A DNA stretch of 64,000 bases from an uncultured candidate division Zixibacteria bacterium (GCA_963664195.1 OY760907.1:256001-320000); one strand, 5' to 3'. Shown: positions 29,708 through 41,344, counted from the stretch's first letter. The notes: generated by a model from the sequence alone, not told the origin. Program-made: numbers and translations.

Positions 29708-32700
29708 CTACTCCTTCTTCTGCCTCATCTGCTTATGAACTAAGCGGTGTTCATCAGGCCATAACTCCTCAAGGTTCTCATAGGTGTGCTCCCCGCCCTC
29801 GGATTGCGGCTTCTTGTGGTGGAGCTGTTTAGACTCCTTCTTTCCGGTCTTGGGACTTGTCCTCTCTTCGGCAAGACCCTTCTTCGCTCTCTCCAAATCC
29901 TTGGGCCTAAATCGACCGGGATTTTCCTCTGCCTGCGCCTTCCAATACCGCCTCTGTGCCGTTGTCCAACTTGTTCCTCCTCTGGGACCGGGCACCAAGT
30001 CACCTGACTGTTTCATGGTCTGGCTCGACGCACTCTCCGAACTCTCGACCAAGGTGGCCCCCCCCTTGGTAATGCCCCACGCGCCGAGTAGCGCGTTGCC
30101 CCACTGCAAGATCTTTTCGCCGAATGTGTATTCTACATGGTCGCCCTCCTCAGTCGGTGCGTTGGCCATCTCAGGCGTAGATAGAACTATGTATGCGGCG
30201 GCCAGAAGAGCCGCTGCCAAGCCACCGAACTCCCCGTCTGGATCAATGTACTTCAGCGGGTTGTTGGCACAATAGATATATGGGCCCTGCGAAGGCAATT
30301 CCGCCGCCCGCGGATCAACCTGAGTGAATATCTTGTACTCAGGATCGTAGTACCGGGCTCCGCAGTAGTATAACTCTTGTTCAATATCCCGGTCAAGCTC
30401 GTGTCCCGTATATCCGAACTTGTCGCTCGACCCTGCGAGAATCATTTCAGCCGTTTTCTCGCCAAACGGTCGATACAGGCTGTACGACTTGAGTTCCCCA
30501 TCCCAGCCGACTGTCGCACCTACCGAGCCCAGATGATCATTCAGGTAGTACGTCACCCGATTGTGGGACGTGTCGGCAAAACTGGCGATACGTTGGCCGT
30601 TCGCGTACACGTAGTTGCCTATGAGGTTGGTCTCATTCGGACCGCTGTAGTCGAATAGCATGTTATCATCGAGACGGTAGTACCCGGTGAACGCCGTTAC
30701 CGAGATTGTTCCGCCCGGATCTCCGAAAAACGGGTTACCGGGCTGCGTCTCTTCATAGCTGTAACCTTTGCACACTCTGCGACCGCCGGTATTGTACCAG
30801 TATCGGACTGTATCCTTCGCTTTGCCGACAGCGGGAACTACACGTTCCGACAGTTCCTCATGAAGATTGTATCGCATCACCATCCGATCCGTGCGATACT
30901 CCGAGATCGATCCCTCGGGAGTATAATAGAACGTGTTGATGATCGGCGGAGGCGTAAGCGGATCAGTCTGGGGACCCTCGATTCTACCCAATCGGTTAGT
31001 ATTCTCCAGATAGATGTAATCCCAGACCTGCTGATTCATCGTAGTCAAGGAATCGATGTTGCTGTTGCGATCGTACCAGTATCGCAAGAATGCCGGAGGT
31101 GTAGAGTGCTCTTCGGCCACGAGTCGACTGACGGCATCATATGCGAATTTCTGATGGCGCAGATCAGCCGCAGAATCGCCTGCCTCTGTTCCCCAGGCCA
31201 CTAGAACCCGGTACGATGCCACGTTGCCGTTGTGATAGCCCTGAGGGAACTCCCAGTCCGGGTACTGGGCCTGCCCTCTGCACGCTCCTGTGGTATAGGT
31301 CAAGTCAAGAGCGAAGTGATCCTCTCCGTTGGCAGCGGCTACCGTACCTTCGTTGATACTTGTCAGCCAATCCCGCGCATTGTACTTGTAGTCGACTTCC
31401 TGCACCGCAGGATTCCCCAGAATCTTCCTTCTGATCTGACCGTTGGGCCAGTACTCGTACTGAGCGGAAAGCAGCCCCGCGTCATCGTCCAAGGAAAACA
31501 ACCGTCCGGCTAGATCATATTGGTAGTCAACGTATTTGCCGTTGTTGTAGGTTACTCTCTTCTGTTGATCGAGGTTGTTGTACTCCACTCCGATGGTTCT
31601 GTGAGTACCGACTGCATCCACCAAAGCCACGTGTTGCCGGGATTCGGTTACACGGCCACGCTCGTCATACGTGTATTCAGTCCACGAAGTGCTGTCAGCC
31701 GAACCGGAAGGGTACCTTAATGCGCGAGTAAGCTTTCCGCGGCCATTGGTACCCTGGTCGTACTCAAACCGGGCAGTGACCACCGGGGACAACGAATCGT
31801 CTGGGAAGTTTCTGTCCACGGCATTCGGCCAACAGAAATTGGGAATGGAAGCGTAGAGATTTCCGATCTCGACCGGCCTGTTATGTGCGTCATACTTGAC
31901 GTACTCGAATCGACCGTTCAGAGCGTCCGTCTCGTTCATAGAGAACCGGCGATTGCCCATTCGATCGTACATGTGGCAGTTCCACCCATGCTCTCCGCTG
32001 GAGTCAGTCATGAGCCACCCAAGATTGGAGTAATGACGTCGAATGCGGTACCCCTCTGGTTGCACCGTCAGCGTGTCGTTACCGTTGAAGTCACGATGGA
32101 TCTGCGTATAGATGCCCGTCGTGTCAATCTCCGAATCGTAGTCTGCGACCGTGTACCGCACACTGGCCCCAGCCGAACGATCATCGGCAAGCCACGCCTG
32201 CGATATCTGAGTCTCCAATCTGAGCACACTGCCTGCCTGAACCGGAAAGAGCAGCAGCTTCTCTGCCACGTAAGGCGCGCCTGTCGTATCATCAAAGAAT
32301 CTGATAGAGTCTACAAGGATGTCGTCAAGGAAACAACGGGCAATCGCTGTATCCGACGAAGACCAACGTTCATTGCTGGCGGTCAGAGTTACGACAACGT
32401 TTTGCGGGTCAGGCAGAAGATGTTCTGGGAACACCACTTCTACGGTGTCAGTATAGACGGGGCCTGCTGATCCGGAGTCGCTGTGGGCATAGGCGGACTC
32501 CTCGATCTCTACGGGGACATGCTGGACTTGTAGAGTGTCAACAACGGGTGTAAACGTGGCAATCGCACGACCTAGCCCGTCCGTGTAGGAGACGGAGGAA
32601 TTGCCGTCTTCGTCAATTGTCTCCAACTTGTGAACTTTGCCAGGCCAGTATGCTTCCGAATCAAAACCGGGCAGAACACCTTCGTTGGTAGTATACTCTT

Positions 32701-35700
32701 GCGTCACTGGGTACGCTCGGAAAAGACCGGGAGCCCGGGTTTCCACGACCCTGCGCAGAGGATCGTTCGAGTACGAAACCTCAGTGTATGGCACAGGAAG
32801 AGTCCCCAGCAGAACATCCGGTGCGTCGGCACTGTCGACGAAGTACGAATACAACAGGCTGTTTGAATCCAGGGGTTGTCCCGGTTCCCAGGTGCGCATG
32901 TGTTCGGTCCCCAAGTAGCCGTCAATGAACTCAAATGGGTTGATGGAGTCATTCACCGCAGCAAAATCCCCATAACCCAGACTGGGGCGTACTTTGATCG
33001 GTTTGAAGCTAACCTCAGGACGGCCATCGTAGGTATGAGTGGCACCGGATACGATGATCTCGGTTCCATCAAAAACCTGTGTCTGTTTGGTGATCCCAGA
33101 GGCATCAACAAATTCACTGGTTATGACAGGATTCTTGTAAAAAACGAGGTTATCAATCCATTGGATCAGTTTCTCCGTTGAAATCATGGACTTGGGGTAC
33201 TGGGATCTCAGCCTGACCTTGGTGAAGCTATCCCAACCGACAGTACTATCCGTTACTCGATAGATGCAGTCGCCGTTCACAAAGAAGTACAGATCGTCCT
33301 CATAGATCGCCAGCCCCAGCCTCTGCAGACCTTTGTCCCAGGGGTAGTAGTATTCTCGCCATCCTCTGGGGTACTCTCTGAGTTCCTCCATGTGAATGAC
33401 TGTCGCAGCTGACATATCTCCTCCAGTGTATCGCCACACCAGGAAATCGCCATTGTAAGTGAAGCAGCAGGAGTACCCGTTGCCGGCATCATTCTCAAAA
33501 CCGTACCAGAGTGATGCGCCATGGATAGTGTTGTCAGTGGCGAATATCGGGGCCGTAATCTGGTGCCTAATAGTGTCCCGGATATCAAATGCCAGGAAAC
33601 CGTTTGAGAACGTGTCCAGGGGCACAACGAAGTCCGCGGCGAGTGCCGTGTCCTCAAGGTTGTTGAACGTATTCACCACGAACTTCAGCTTGCCGTTTTC
33701 AACCTGGTAGCTTGTGTCCAAAAGGTAACTGGTGTGAGGCTGACGCGACGAGAAGTCCACGGCGAAGCCGGTGCCCAGACCTTCGATCGTGTAAACAGCG
33801 TTCGGCATATCCAAGCGGTATTCATTCGGACTGTTGTCGTCCAGAACTCCTTCGGTTGACTTGTAGAAGAACTCCTGTCCTCGCACCGGACTCCAATTGT
33901 AGTCCGTGATCGCCGTGACATCGCCAAACTGATTGTAGATCGTTCGCACCGGGAGATTGTCCGGTCCCGACACAGAGGTCGGGCGCAGCAGAGCATCATA
34001 GTTGTAGGATGTCACCAAACAGCCTTCGGGATACAAGCGAATGTCATCGTAATAGTCTTCGTGATCGTATGTAGATTGGAACTCTGCTTCCAATGCATCG
34101 CCCTCATAGACGGTCAGCGAACAGGCCATATGCGTCCACTCACCCATACCAGAGGTCTGCCCATAGCTGATGTGGCCAGGATACTGCGAACTAAGAGATA
34201 TTGTCTGGACATTAGCAAACTTATCAAGTCCTGCCCCCCAGGCTTCGAGGTAATACTTGCCTGCAGAGACGTCGTCCAGGTTGAAATGTGGATAAGAGTT
34301 GTGCATCGCTCGCAGAGCCCTATTGCCTGAGAAGGCCGCAGAATCCGATACGTAGCTATCTCCAATACTCCAGATGCCCGGCTGATTGTCTAGCTCATCC
34401 TCACCTGAAAAGAAGGCGAAACTGGAGAGCCCGACATTCTCAAACTTGGCCTCCAAGCCACGGTAACTCCAGACTAATCCGTCGATTGTACTATCAGGAT
34501 TCATGACTCGGAGCGGATTTCCCCGGCGGTCAACGTCGAGCACCTCGGTAATCAGCGAGTCGTAGGGTGCCAGACTGTTGTAATCTGATGTCTTCTGGAG
34601 ATAGAATATCCCCTGATTGGGACGGTTCTGGGAAGCGAAACCATCGGAATACGTGTATGTCGTCACATTGATCGGCGTTTCTCCCTCAGTGCCTTTCTCA
34701 ATGCGCTCCATGAGCGAGAGATAGTGATTGTCATCAAACTCGTTTGCCGTCCCATTGGCGGCGTACTCGTATTCAGTAATCCGAGTTTCCGCATTCACTG
34801 TCTTGCGCACCGTCTCGAGTCGGCCGCGCGGGCCGTTCTCGTAGGTGTAGTAGGTATGGCTTTCGACGCCATCTCGGCGTGTCGCCGACGAGTCTACTCG
34901 TAGGTGATAAGTGATTGCGATTGTGTCACAATCAAACACGCTGGAAGCCCCACTGCCGTAGCCGTCATTCGCCGGAAATCGGACGTTTCTCATCTGCGGC
35001 CAGGAGTAGAACTGTTGGTCATAACTGACCTCGTTTCCCTCGGCATCTCTGACGACCGTCTTGTAAGGGATTCCATGAAGTGGTGATCGATCCAACCAGA
35101 AGGCATAGTCCATATGGGTTATCCGGCCGTAGGTTGATGTGCCATCAAACTCATAGCAGGTCATGGTCTGGCGCTTGTGCTGCGGAACTGAGTCAGTCAC
35201 CAGGTAGGAGTACTCGGTAGATCCTCCACTGCCTGGAAGTGTCCAAGTGATCCGAGGGTATTGAATCACATGATCGACGTTGTCACCCTGAAATCTGAGC
35301 TGGTAGCCCAACCAAAGGACGCCGTACCAAGAATGGTAGGGCATGACGCTTCGGGTGTCGTATTGATATCGATACAGTTCGTAGTTGTTGGGCATCGAGG
35401 TGGCGTATCCGATACCCGGGTTTTCCGCTGTTCCGTATGTGATCTGAACCGTATCTTCCTTCTCACTGTCCCTATATAGCGACATAGGATCCCATGGATT
35501 TGAACACATCGGCAGACTGTCATTGACGATTATGGACTTGACTCGGCAACCACCACTGACCCAGTGATTGTCCCCTATCTTAAACTCGTCCAACTCATAC
35601 TCATAGCCGTATGTTAGCCCCTCCGGAGTTGTCATACCACTGAGGGACCAACCCCAGGGAATCTGATAGTGATAGCCAAAGAAGTCTCTTTGACACCAGG

Positions 35701-37462
35701 ACTTGGGTATCAAGCCAACAGTATCTTCCACCCAGGCTTGGTTTTCCAGACACGAATTCGAGTAAGGTACCACGTCGTTGTCCAGACCACAGTGGAGATG
35801 GTAATCGTAGTCCTGTCCATATATCCACCTGGTGTAGTCGGCATACGTTACTCGATTCTCCCCTGAGTCGGGCATCACATTCTCCGGGAACACGGTAGTA
35901 CTCTCAAGCTCCAGATTGTAGTCAAATGAGAACTTCTTTCGATATCCGCACGAATCCGCCTCTCGAGCGTAAGGTACAAAAGGCTGAACGTCAGGCTGAT
36001 ACGGGATTTCATTGCCGATAGAAATGCTGCGAAGGGTGGGCTCACCGTCACGTTCTTCACCACCCCATGGTTCGTCTTGGGATGTCCAGTTGAAGTGGTT
36101 GTGCCAGGCAGTCTTGAGCGGATCTAGGTCATCGTACTCGTAGTTGAACACTACACTATACAACTCATCCCCGGTTGTCAGGGAACTGTCACCACTGTAC
36201 TCATAGACGCTCATCCTGGCAAGCACACGATCCCTGATGCGGTAATCATCGTCATTGATAGTGCGACCTGATCGCCAGTATCTAATCGTTTTGAAATCCC
36301 GAAGCTCGCCCGTAACGAAATCTACGACAACGGACGGACTCACAATCCGATGAAGGAACGTAATCACAGTGGAATCTCGATCCAGGTCGCCTGCATCTCC
36401 ACCTCCACACTGCCAGGGCCCCATCAGGAGCGTGTCGAGGGCAGTATACTGAAATGCCACCCAGGAACCACAGTTGCCCTCACGGGGACTTGTACAGTCC
36501 AGAGGATTTAGGGAATCACCACCACCGTCCACATAATCGTGGCTCAGAATCGCAGTCAACATCCACTCATTGTTTTCGATTCGATTCCTATATAGATACT
36601 CACATGAATCCCACTGAGGATCGATGCTGAGAAAGTCATCTCTAGGCTCGGCGATAGAAGATTGTTGCAGGGGCTGCGAAAACACATACTTAGTGGCATT
36701 CTCATCAACCATCACAAAGTAGTTGTAACGATAGTATTGCCACATGCCGCTGCAGGAAGACACCTGAGATGCGTCTCTGCTCACGTACAGTGAATCGTTG
36801 GAATGGGAGATGGGAAAGAAGCCAGGCGTGTCCTGCGAACCCTGATTCATGAAGCGAATCGAGCGCCCCGGAATGTTCACCTGGTACACATCGTTAACGT
36901 AGTATCTGGACTGCATGTCATTGTACGTATACGCGTGTACATCATCCCCGTGAACCGGCATTCTCTTAACGGACCACCCACCTAGATGCCATCCCAAGCC
37001 CACCCAAGTAGCTGGCTGGTCCATTTTGACTCCTGACTTGTAGGAAAGGTTGATGGGCACAGGGATATTACCAGGGACCTCAAAAAGTGGGAGATTGACC
37101 CGTAAGTCTCCATCCGCCCCGATAGTATTGTACTTCTGAACAGACTCAACAAAGTTGGATCCAACTGTACCGGACTCTCTTGGTAGGGAGTACAGGTGGT
37201 CCGTAGGGGCAAGCGTCTCGTTTGCGCGGATGCTGTCAAACGCGGTGACAGAAGCAAGTAGGGACACAACGAATGTGAAAAGCACGTCCATAATAGAGAA
37301 TCTGGCGGTGATACGACTAGACATGATAGTAGGACTCCCAAAGAAGAAGTGTGGCTTGTTTTGCAGTTCCGAGCTCGTGCTGATAGGGTTTGGGCGAGAA
37401 CGTAAGAGCTTCAGCCAAAAGTTCGTACAGATAGCACGGATTATGGCCAAGCATGGCCGCAT
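29708..37462 (-). CDS. RHS/YD-repeat polymorphic toxin with a C-terminal HNH-superfamily nuclease (true start probably ~37324 or ~37291)
   Basis: YD repeats; RHS core NDHLGS...GYTGHELD...GARYYDP...PLKYIDPDG; tip QLHHKKPQSEGG...NLEELWPDEH; signal-peptide-like N-terminus. Confidence 0.92.
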   Translation of the reverse strand: MRPCLAIIRAICTNFWLKLLRSRPNPISTSSELQNKPHFFFGSPTIMSSRITARFSIMDVLFTFVVSLLASVTAFDSIRANETLAPTDHLYSLPRESGTVGSNFVESVQKYNTIGADGDLRVNLPLFEVPGNIPVPINLSYKSGVKMDQPATWVGLGWHLGGWSVKRMPVHGDDVHAYTYNDMQSRYYVNDVYQVNIPGRSIRFMNQGSQDTPGFFPISHSNDSLYVSRDASQVSSCSGMWQYYRYNYFVMVDENATKYVFSQPLQQSSIAEPRDDFLSIDPQWDSCEYLYRNRIENNEWMLTAILSHDYVDGGGDSLNPLDCTSPREGNCGSWVAFQYTALDTLLMGPWQCGGGDAGDLDRDSTVITFLHRIVSPSVVVDFVTGELRDFKTIRYWRSGRTINDDDYRIRDRVLARMSVYEYSGDSSLTTGDELYSVVFNYEYDDLDPLKTAWHNHFNWTSQDEPWGGEERDGEPTLRSISIGNEIPYQPDVQPFVPYAREADSCGYRKKFSFDYNLELESTTVFPENVMPDSGENRVTYADYTRWIYGQDYDYHLHCGLDNDVVPYSNSCLENQAWVEDTVGLIPKSWCQRDFFGYHYQIPWGWSLSGMTTPEGLTYGYEYELDEFKIGDNHWVSGGCRVKSIIVNDSLPMCSNPWDPMSLYRDSEKEDTVQITYGTAENPGIGYATSMPNNYELYRYQYDTRSVMPYHSWYGVLWLGYQLRFQGDNVDHVIQYPRITWTLPGSGGSTEYSYLVTDSVPQHKRQTMTCYEFDGTSTYGRITHMDYAFWLDRSPLHGIPYKTVVRDAEGNEVSYDQQFYSWPQMRNVRFPANDGYGSGASSVFDCDTIAITYHLRVDSSATRRDGVESHTYYTYENGPRGRLETVRKTVNAETRITEYEYAANGTANEFDDNHYLSLMERIEKGTEGETPINVTTYTYSDGFASQNRPNQGIFYLQKTSDYNSLAPYDSLITEVLDVDRRGNPLRVMNPDSTIDGLVWSYRGLEAKFENVGLSSFAFFSGEDELDNQPGIWSIGDSYVSDSAAFSGNRALRAMHNSYPHFNLDDVSAGKYYLEAWGAGLDKFANVQTISLSSQYPGHISYGQTSGMGEWTHMACSLTVYEGDALEAEFQSTYDHEDYYDDIRLYPEGCLVTSYNYDALLRPTSVSGPDNLPVRTIYNQFGDVTAITDYNWSPVRGQEFFYKSTEGVLDDNSPNEYRLDMPNAVYTIEGLGTGFAVDFSSRQPHTSYLLDTSYQVENGKLKFVVNTFNNLEDTALAADFVVPLDTFSNGFLAFDIRDTIRHQITAPIFATDNTIHGASLWYGFENDAGNGYSCCFTYNGDFLVWRYTGGDMSAATVIHMEELREYPRGWREYYYPWDKGLQRLGLAIYEDDLYFFVNGDCIYRVTDSTVGWDSFTKVRLRSQYPKSMISTEKLIQWIDNLVFYKNPVITSEFVDASGITKQTQVFDGTEIIVSGATHTYDGRPEVSFKPIKVRPSLGYGDFAAVNDSINPFEFIDGYLGTEHMRTWEPGQPLDSNSLLYSYFVDSADAPDVLLGTLPVPYTEVSYSNDPLRRVVETRAPGLFRAYPVTQEYTTNEGVLPGFDSEAYWPGKVHKLETIDEDGNSSVSYTDGLGRAIATFTPVVDTLQVQHVPVEIEESAYAHSDSGSAGPVYTDTVEVVFPEHLLPDPQNVVVTLTASNERWSSSDTAIARCFLDDILVDSIRFFDDTTGAPYVAEKLLLFPVQAGSVLRLETQISQAWLADDRSAGASVRYTVADYDSEIDTTGIYTQIHRDFNGNDTLTVQPEGYRIRRHYSNLGWLMTDSSGEHGWNCHMYDRMGNRRFSMNETDALNGRFEYVKYDAHNRPVEIGNLYASIPNFCWPNAVDRNFPDDSLSPVVTARFEYDQGTNGRGKLTRALRYPSGSADSTSWTEYTYDERGRVTESRQHVALVDAVGTHRTIGVEYNNLDQQKRVTYNNGKYVDYQYDLAGRLFSLDDDAGLLSAQYEYWPNGQIRRKILGNPAVQEVDYKYNARDWLTSINEGTVAAANGEDHFALDLTYTTGACRGQAQYPDWEFPQGYHNGNVASYRVLVAWGTEAGDSAADLRHQKFAYDAVSRLVAEEHSTPPAFLRYWYDRNSNIDSLTTMNQQVWDYIYLENTNRLGRIEGPQTDPLTPPPIINTFYYTPEGSISEYRTDRMVMRYNLHEELSERVVPAVGKAKDTVRYWYNTGGRRVCKGYSYEETQPGNPFFGDPGGTISVTAFTGYYRLDDNMLFDYSGPNETNLIGNYVYANGQRIASFADTSHNRVTYYLNDHLGSVGATVGWDGELKSYSLYRPFGEKTAEMILAGSSDKFGYTGHELDRDIEQELYYCGARYYDPEYKIFTQVDPRAAELPSQGPYIYCANNPLKYIDPDGEFGGLAAALLAAAYIVLSTPEMANAPTEEGDHVEYTFGEKILQWGNALLGAWGITKGGATLVESSESASSQTMKQSGDLVPGPRGGTSWTTAQRRYWKAQAEENPGRFRPKDLERAKKGLAEERTSPKTGKKESKQLHHKKPQSEGGEHTYENLEELWPDEHRLVHKQMRQKKE

Positions 37463-38396
37463 TACACCGATCTCCGGTTGCAGCTTTCAATTGTCCTCTC
37501 ACAGCCCCCTGCGGTAATCAGAAGCAGTATGCACACCTCCCACAGCGCGCATGTGCGTATATGACGCATAGATCACACAGTTGTCAAGCACAAAAGTGAC
37601 ATCACAGCCCATTTTGCATGTGAAGTGAACATCACTCACTGTCAGAAACTGGCAGTAGCGAATCGTTATGCCGCTCCATGATAACACGTTACGCAAATCT
37701 GCACGTCTGTGTCGTGCCCTCAGTTTTTTTTTGGGGGGGGATATTGGACGGGCCGAAGGCTGGAACAACGCACGTTCTTGTGTGAACGTCGACAATCGCT
37801 CGTTCGTTAAGAGGAGATCAAATCGTTCCGACAAGTTCAAACAACGGAAGACACATGGCGACAAGAATGATTGTGGTGAGCGGTTCTATCGGCGATGCTG
37901 GTGTCTGTATTTGAGCGGCAGATTCGCTCAAATTGTAGTCGGCCACGCGAATGAGCATATCGCCAGCTGCCTTGTCCCCTCCCCCAGTCCCCCGTTTTTT
38001 TGGCCTCCGAAAATCCATCGGCCTTTTGATTCCATGGTACCTTGATATGACAATTGAATGCAAGAGCGGTTCGTGCGTTCGCTGTTTACCCCAAACATGT
38101 ACGCGCCTTGTAGCCACCCTGGCCTCTCGGAGCAAGGTTCCATATTGCTAAATGTGGGACTCCGACTTTCCTCCCCCGTCCCCAGATTAGCCTATAACTA
38201 GTAGTACCAAACAGTTATAACACACACGCAAACTGCCGCCAAACACCAACCAGACAAGCCACAAACAACCGGCAAACTGCGGCACTATTTGACATATTAT
38301 GCTTTGTTACGTAAATAATGCTTGACATCGTGGCCGTTCATGCCGATATTATAAGAACAACAATAACCTGACAACCCCTAAATCGAGGTAGCTCAA

Positions 38397-39271
38397 ATGG
38401 ATACCTACCAAGTTATCACTGATCGAATCATCTGCATGCTTGAGAAAGGCACAGTGCCCTGGCGCAAGCCCTGGAAGCATTCAACCCTGGACGGAGCGCC
38501 AATCAATCTTGTCTCACGGAAACCATATCGAGGAATCAATGTCTTCCTGTTGCCTGCTCCGGCTATGACAGTCCTTACTGGTTATCATTCAACCAGGCCA
38601 AACAGTGTGGCGGTCACGTCAAGAAAGGCGAGCGGTCAACAATGGTTGTCTTCTGGAACTGGATTGACAAGGAGACGGGAAAGACAGACAACCAGGGCAA
38701 ACCGGCAGTAGATCGCATTCCCTTCTTGCGTTACTACAATGTATTTAATACACAGCAGTGTGACCTGCCCGATGGTGTAGTACCCGCCTTGCCGGACGTG
38801 CCTACTGTTGAACCGATTGCAGCGTGTGAAGCAATCGTCCAGGCAATGCCCAACAGGCCTGCTATTAGCCACAATGGAGGCAACCGGGCCTATTACCGGC
38901 AAGGGACCGATTCTGTCCACATGCCCAACCAAACCCGGTTCGAACACCAAGAAGAGTATTATTCAACCCTGTTCCATGAGCTGACACACGCAACCGGGCA
39001 CAGTAGTCGCTTAGACCGAAAGACCTTGACCGACTATGACGGGTTTGGAGGCGACAACTACTCCCGTGAAGAGCTTGTGGCGGAAATGGGGGCAGCCTTC
39101 CTGTGTGGCGTAGCAGGCACTGAGACGCAAACCCTGGATAACTCCGGAGCTTACATTGCCTCCTGGCTGCGAGCACTGAAGGAAGACAAGCGCTTAGTCG
39201 TAACTGCTGCCGCTCAGGCCCAGAAGGCAGCCGACTACATTCAGGCAAAAGAAAACCCGGTAAGTCATTGA
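38397..39271 (+). pseudogene. ardC: ArdC-family antirestriction protein (ssDNA-binding plus zincin domain), frameshifted
   Basis: VPWRKPW...YRGIN and FHELTHATGH...YSREELVAE; 1-bp deletion near 38552 (ttg[g]cctgc would give LACSGYDSPYWLSFNQA). Confidence 0.85.
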
Positions 39272-39374
39272 CCTACCGGGCACAACAATAACCATTACCC
39301 TGAAACGGGTTCTGGATACCACCTGCAAGATACAATGCAGTCCAGAACCCGTCAAGGAATCCGGAGAATATGAC

Positions 39375-40013
39375 ATGAGACTGGACGAGAAACATAGACC
39401 GCATACACTGGCTGACGTGATCGGCCAAGCCAAAGTAGTCAAACGCATTGAATTGTTGCAGGCCCGTTCATGGGGAGGACGGGCCTACTGGCTCGCTGGA
39501 GCCTCTGGGACAGGCAAGACCTCTATTGCACGGATCATTGCCCATGAAGGCGCCGACGGCCTGTATATCACCGAAACAGTGGGCAGACTCTTGACTACAA
39601 GCAAACTGACTGAGATCAAGAACGGTTGGGTCTATCTGCCAATGGCCGACAAGTCTGGGTATGCCCTGATCGTCAATGAGGCTCATGGCCTGAGCAAGCC
39701 TGTGATCGAATTGCTGCTGGACGTACTAGAAAACCTTCCCTCCAACGTAGTTGTGATCTTTACAACTACTATCGAGGGCAACAATCTGTTTGAGGAGAAT
39801 CTGGACAGTTCCCCCTTTGCCTCTCGGTGTGTGAACCTGCGCTTGTCCAGTCGAGGTCTATGTGACCCGTTTGCCCGTCGAGCCAAGGAGATTGCCGAGG
39901 CGGAAGGCTTAGACGGCAAACCTATCGAGGCTTATGTCAACCTGTTGAAACAATGTCGGAACAACCTGAGGATGGCCCTGAGCGAGATCGAATCAGGCGC
40001 CATGCTGAACTAG
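39375..40013 (+). CDS. Minimal clamp-loader-clade AAA+ ATPase (DnaX/RarA-like)
   Basis: EKHRPHTLADVIGQ, GASGTGKT, Walker B variant IVNEAH, SRC motif, NLRMAL. Confidence 0.8.
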   Translation: MRLDEKHRPHTLADVIGQAKVVKRIELLQARSWGGRAYWLAGASGTGKTSIARIIAHEGADGLYITETVGRLLTTSKLTEIKNGWVYLPMADKSGYALIVNEAHGLSKPVIELLLDVLENLPSNVVVIFTTTIEGNNLFEENLDSSPFASRCVNLRLSSRGLCDPFARRAKEIAEAEGLDGKPIEAYVNLLKQCRNNLRMALSEIESGAMLN

Positions 40014-40024
40014 GGGGACAGACA

Positions 40025-40978
40025 GTGAAAGAGCTACAACCCGTAAGGCTATCCACAAGCCGTGAGAATCTCAGACGTGCACGTCAGGTGTTCGACAGCC
40101 TGGACGTGGCCGAGTCCACCAGGAAGGACTACAAACGTCGTATCATCTGGTTCCTGCGCAATGCTCGTAAGACCGGTCTTGACCGCAGTTCATTCCTGGA
40201 GTACAAGCGGGCACTGGCCGATCGAACCGACATCGCAGTAACCACCAAGAACAAGTATCTGGCCACCGCCAGAGTGTTCTTAAAAGAGCTCTATCGGCTG
40301 GGCTACCTTCCGGTCGATTTGACAGCCAACGTCAAGGGATTCAGTCAGAGCCGGAAGCACAAGCGCTTTGGAGTCAATGACGATGAGATGAAGGCAATCA
40401 CCGAGCGTATCCGTTCCTTGCCCCTCTCCCCCGAATCAGCCAGGCTACGAGCCGTCCTCTGTCTCTTGGGATTGCAGGGCCTACGTCAGATTGAGATCAC
40501 TCGCCTTGACGTAAGTGACCTTGATCTGATCCACAAGACTGCACTAGTACAAGGCAAAGGACGCGACGACAAGGAGCCCGTTGATCTTCACCCTGAGACT
40601 GTCCGAGCGCTCAGGGAGTATCTGGAAGCTAGTAACCTGGCCGATGGCCCACTCTTTGTTGGTCGCAGCAACAACAGCCGACGATTGACCACACGGGGAC
40701 TGAGGCTTATCATCCGTCGTATCCTGAAGGAACTGGGCATTGACAAGACCGTTCATGGATTTAGGCACTACTTTGTCACTTGTTTGATCCGTGCTTACGC
40801 GGGTGATCTGCTGACAGTGGCGCAGTACACTCGCCATCGGTCGCTTGAAATGCTTCAGGTTTACAACGACAATATCAAACGACAAGAGGATCTGCCAAGG
40901 TTCTATCGGACGTTTGGAGACCTGAAATTCAGCGAGAAAACCGCCTCTACTTCCCATAAGTCTGGTTACCGGAAGTAG
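40025..40978 (+). CDS. Tyrosine recombinase (XerD-like)
   Basis: GLRQIE, GKG, HGFRH, TRH...VY catalytic motifs. Confidence 0.9.
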   Translation: MKELQPVRLSTSRENLRRARQVFDSLDVAESTRKDYKRRIIWFLRNARKTGLDRSSFLEYKRALADRTDIAVTTKNKYLATARVFLKELYRLGYLPVDLTANVKGFSQSRKHKRFGVNDDEMKAITERIRSLPLSPESARLRAVLCLLGLQGLRQIEITRLDVSDLDLIHKTALVQGKGRDDKEPVDLHPETVRALREYLEASNLADGPLFVGRSNNSRRLTTRGLRLIIRRILKELGIDKTVHGFRHYFVTCLIRAYAGDLLTVAQYTRHRSLEMLQVYNDNIKRQEDLPRFYRTFGDLKFSEKTASTSHKSGYRK

Positions 40979-41044
40979 AACTTCGCGACTGCGAGCAGAC
41001 CGTTTGAGATTGACACTGCGGGCAAGAATGGAGACTATAGGTGC

Positions 41045-41281
41045 ATGACAGATAAGAAAGAGAAACGACTTGGCCGTCCACCCAGTGGCATTCCCAGGCG
41101 CCCGATGACAATCAATCTGCCGGTTGTCGTGGCGGACAGAGTCAAAGAATACTCCGGCGAGCACGGTGAGAGTTGTAGCAACCTGATAGCTCGTCTCCTG
41201 GCGGAGTTCTTCCGAACCGACGGCAAACCGCCCGGCAACGTACGTGCCACGCTCAAGCGCAAGCTGAAGGAATTGGAGTGA
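41045..41281 (+). CDS. Small ribbon-helix-helix-like DNA-binding protein
   Basis: GRPP...MTINLPVVVADRV...SNLIARLL. Confidence 0.6.
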   Translation: MTDKKEKRLGRPPSGIPRRPMTINLPVVVADRVKEYSGEHGESCSNLIARLLAEFFRTDGKPPGNVRATLKRKLKELE

Positions 41282-41317
41282 AGCCTCCTCCACTGCGAAT
41301 AGCTTGACAAGAGAGAA

Positions 41318-41344
41318 CGGCCGCCTCAAAGATGAAGCGGCCGT
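41318..41344. terminator. Hairpin between convergent genes
   Basis: acggccgc...gcggccgt inverted repeat. Confidence 0.4.

Noticed and set aside
26290..30640. RHS core duplication as a DGR template/variable repeat pair
   Set aside because: No reverse transcriptase, and differences are not adenine-specific; ordinary orphan RHS module
40025..40978. Integron integrase with cassette array
   Set aside because: No recognisable IntI-specific insertion and no repeated attC-like sites between cargo genes
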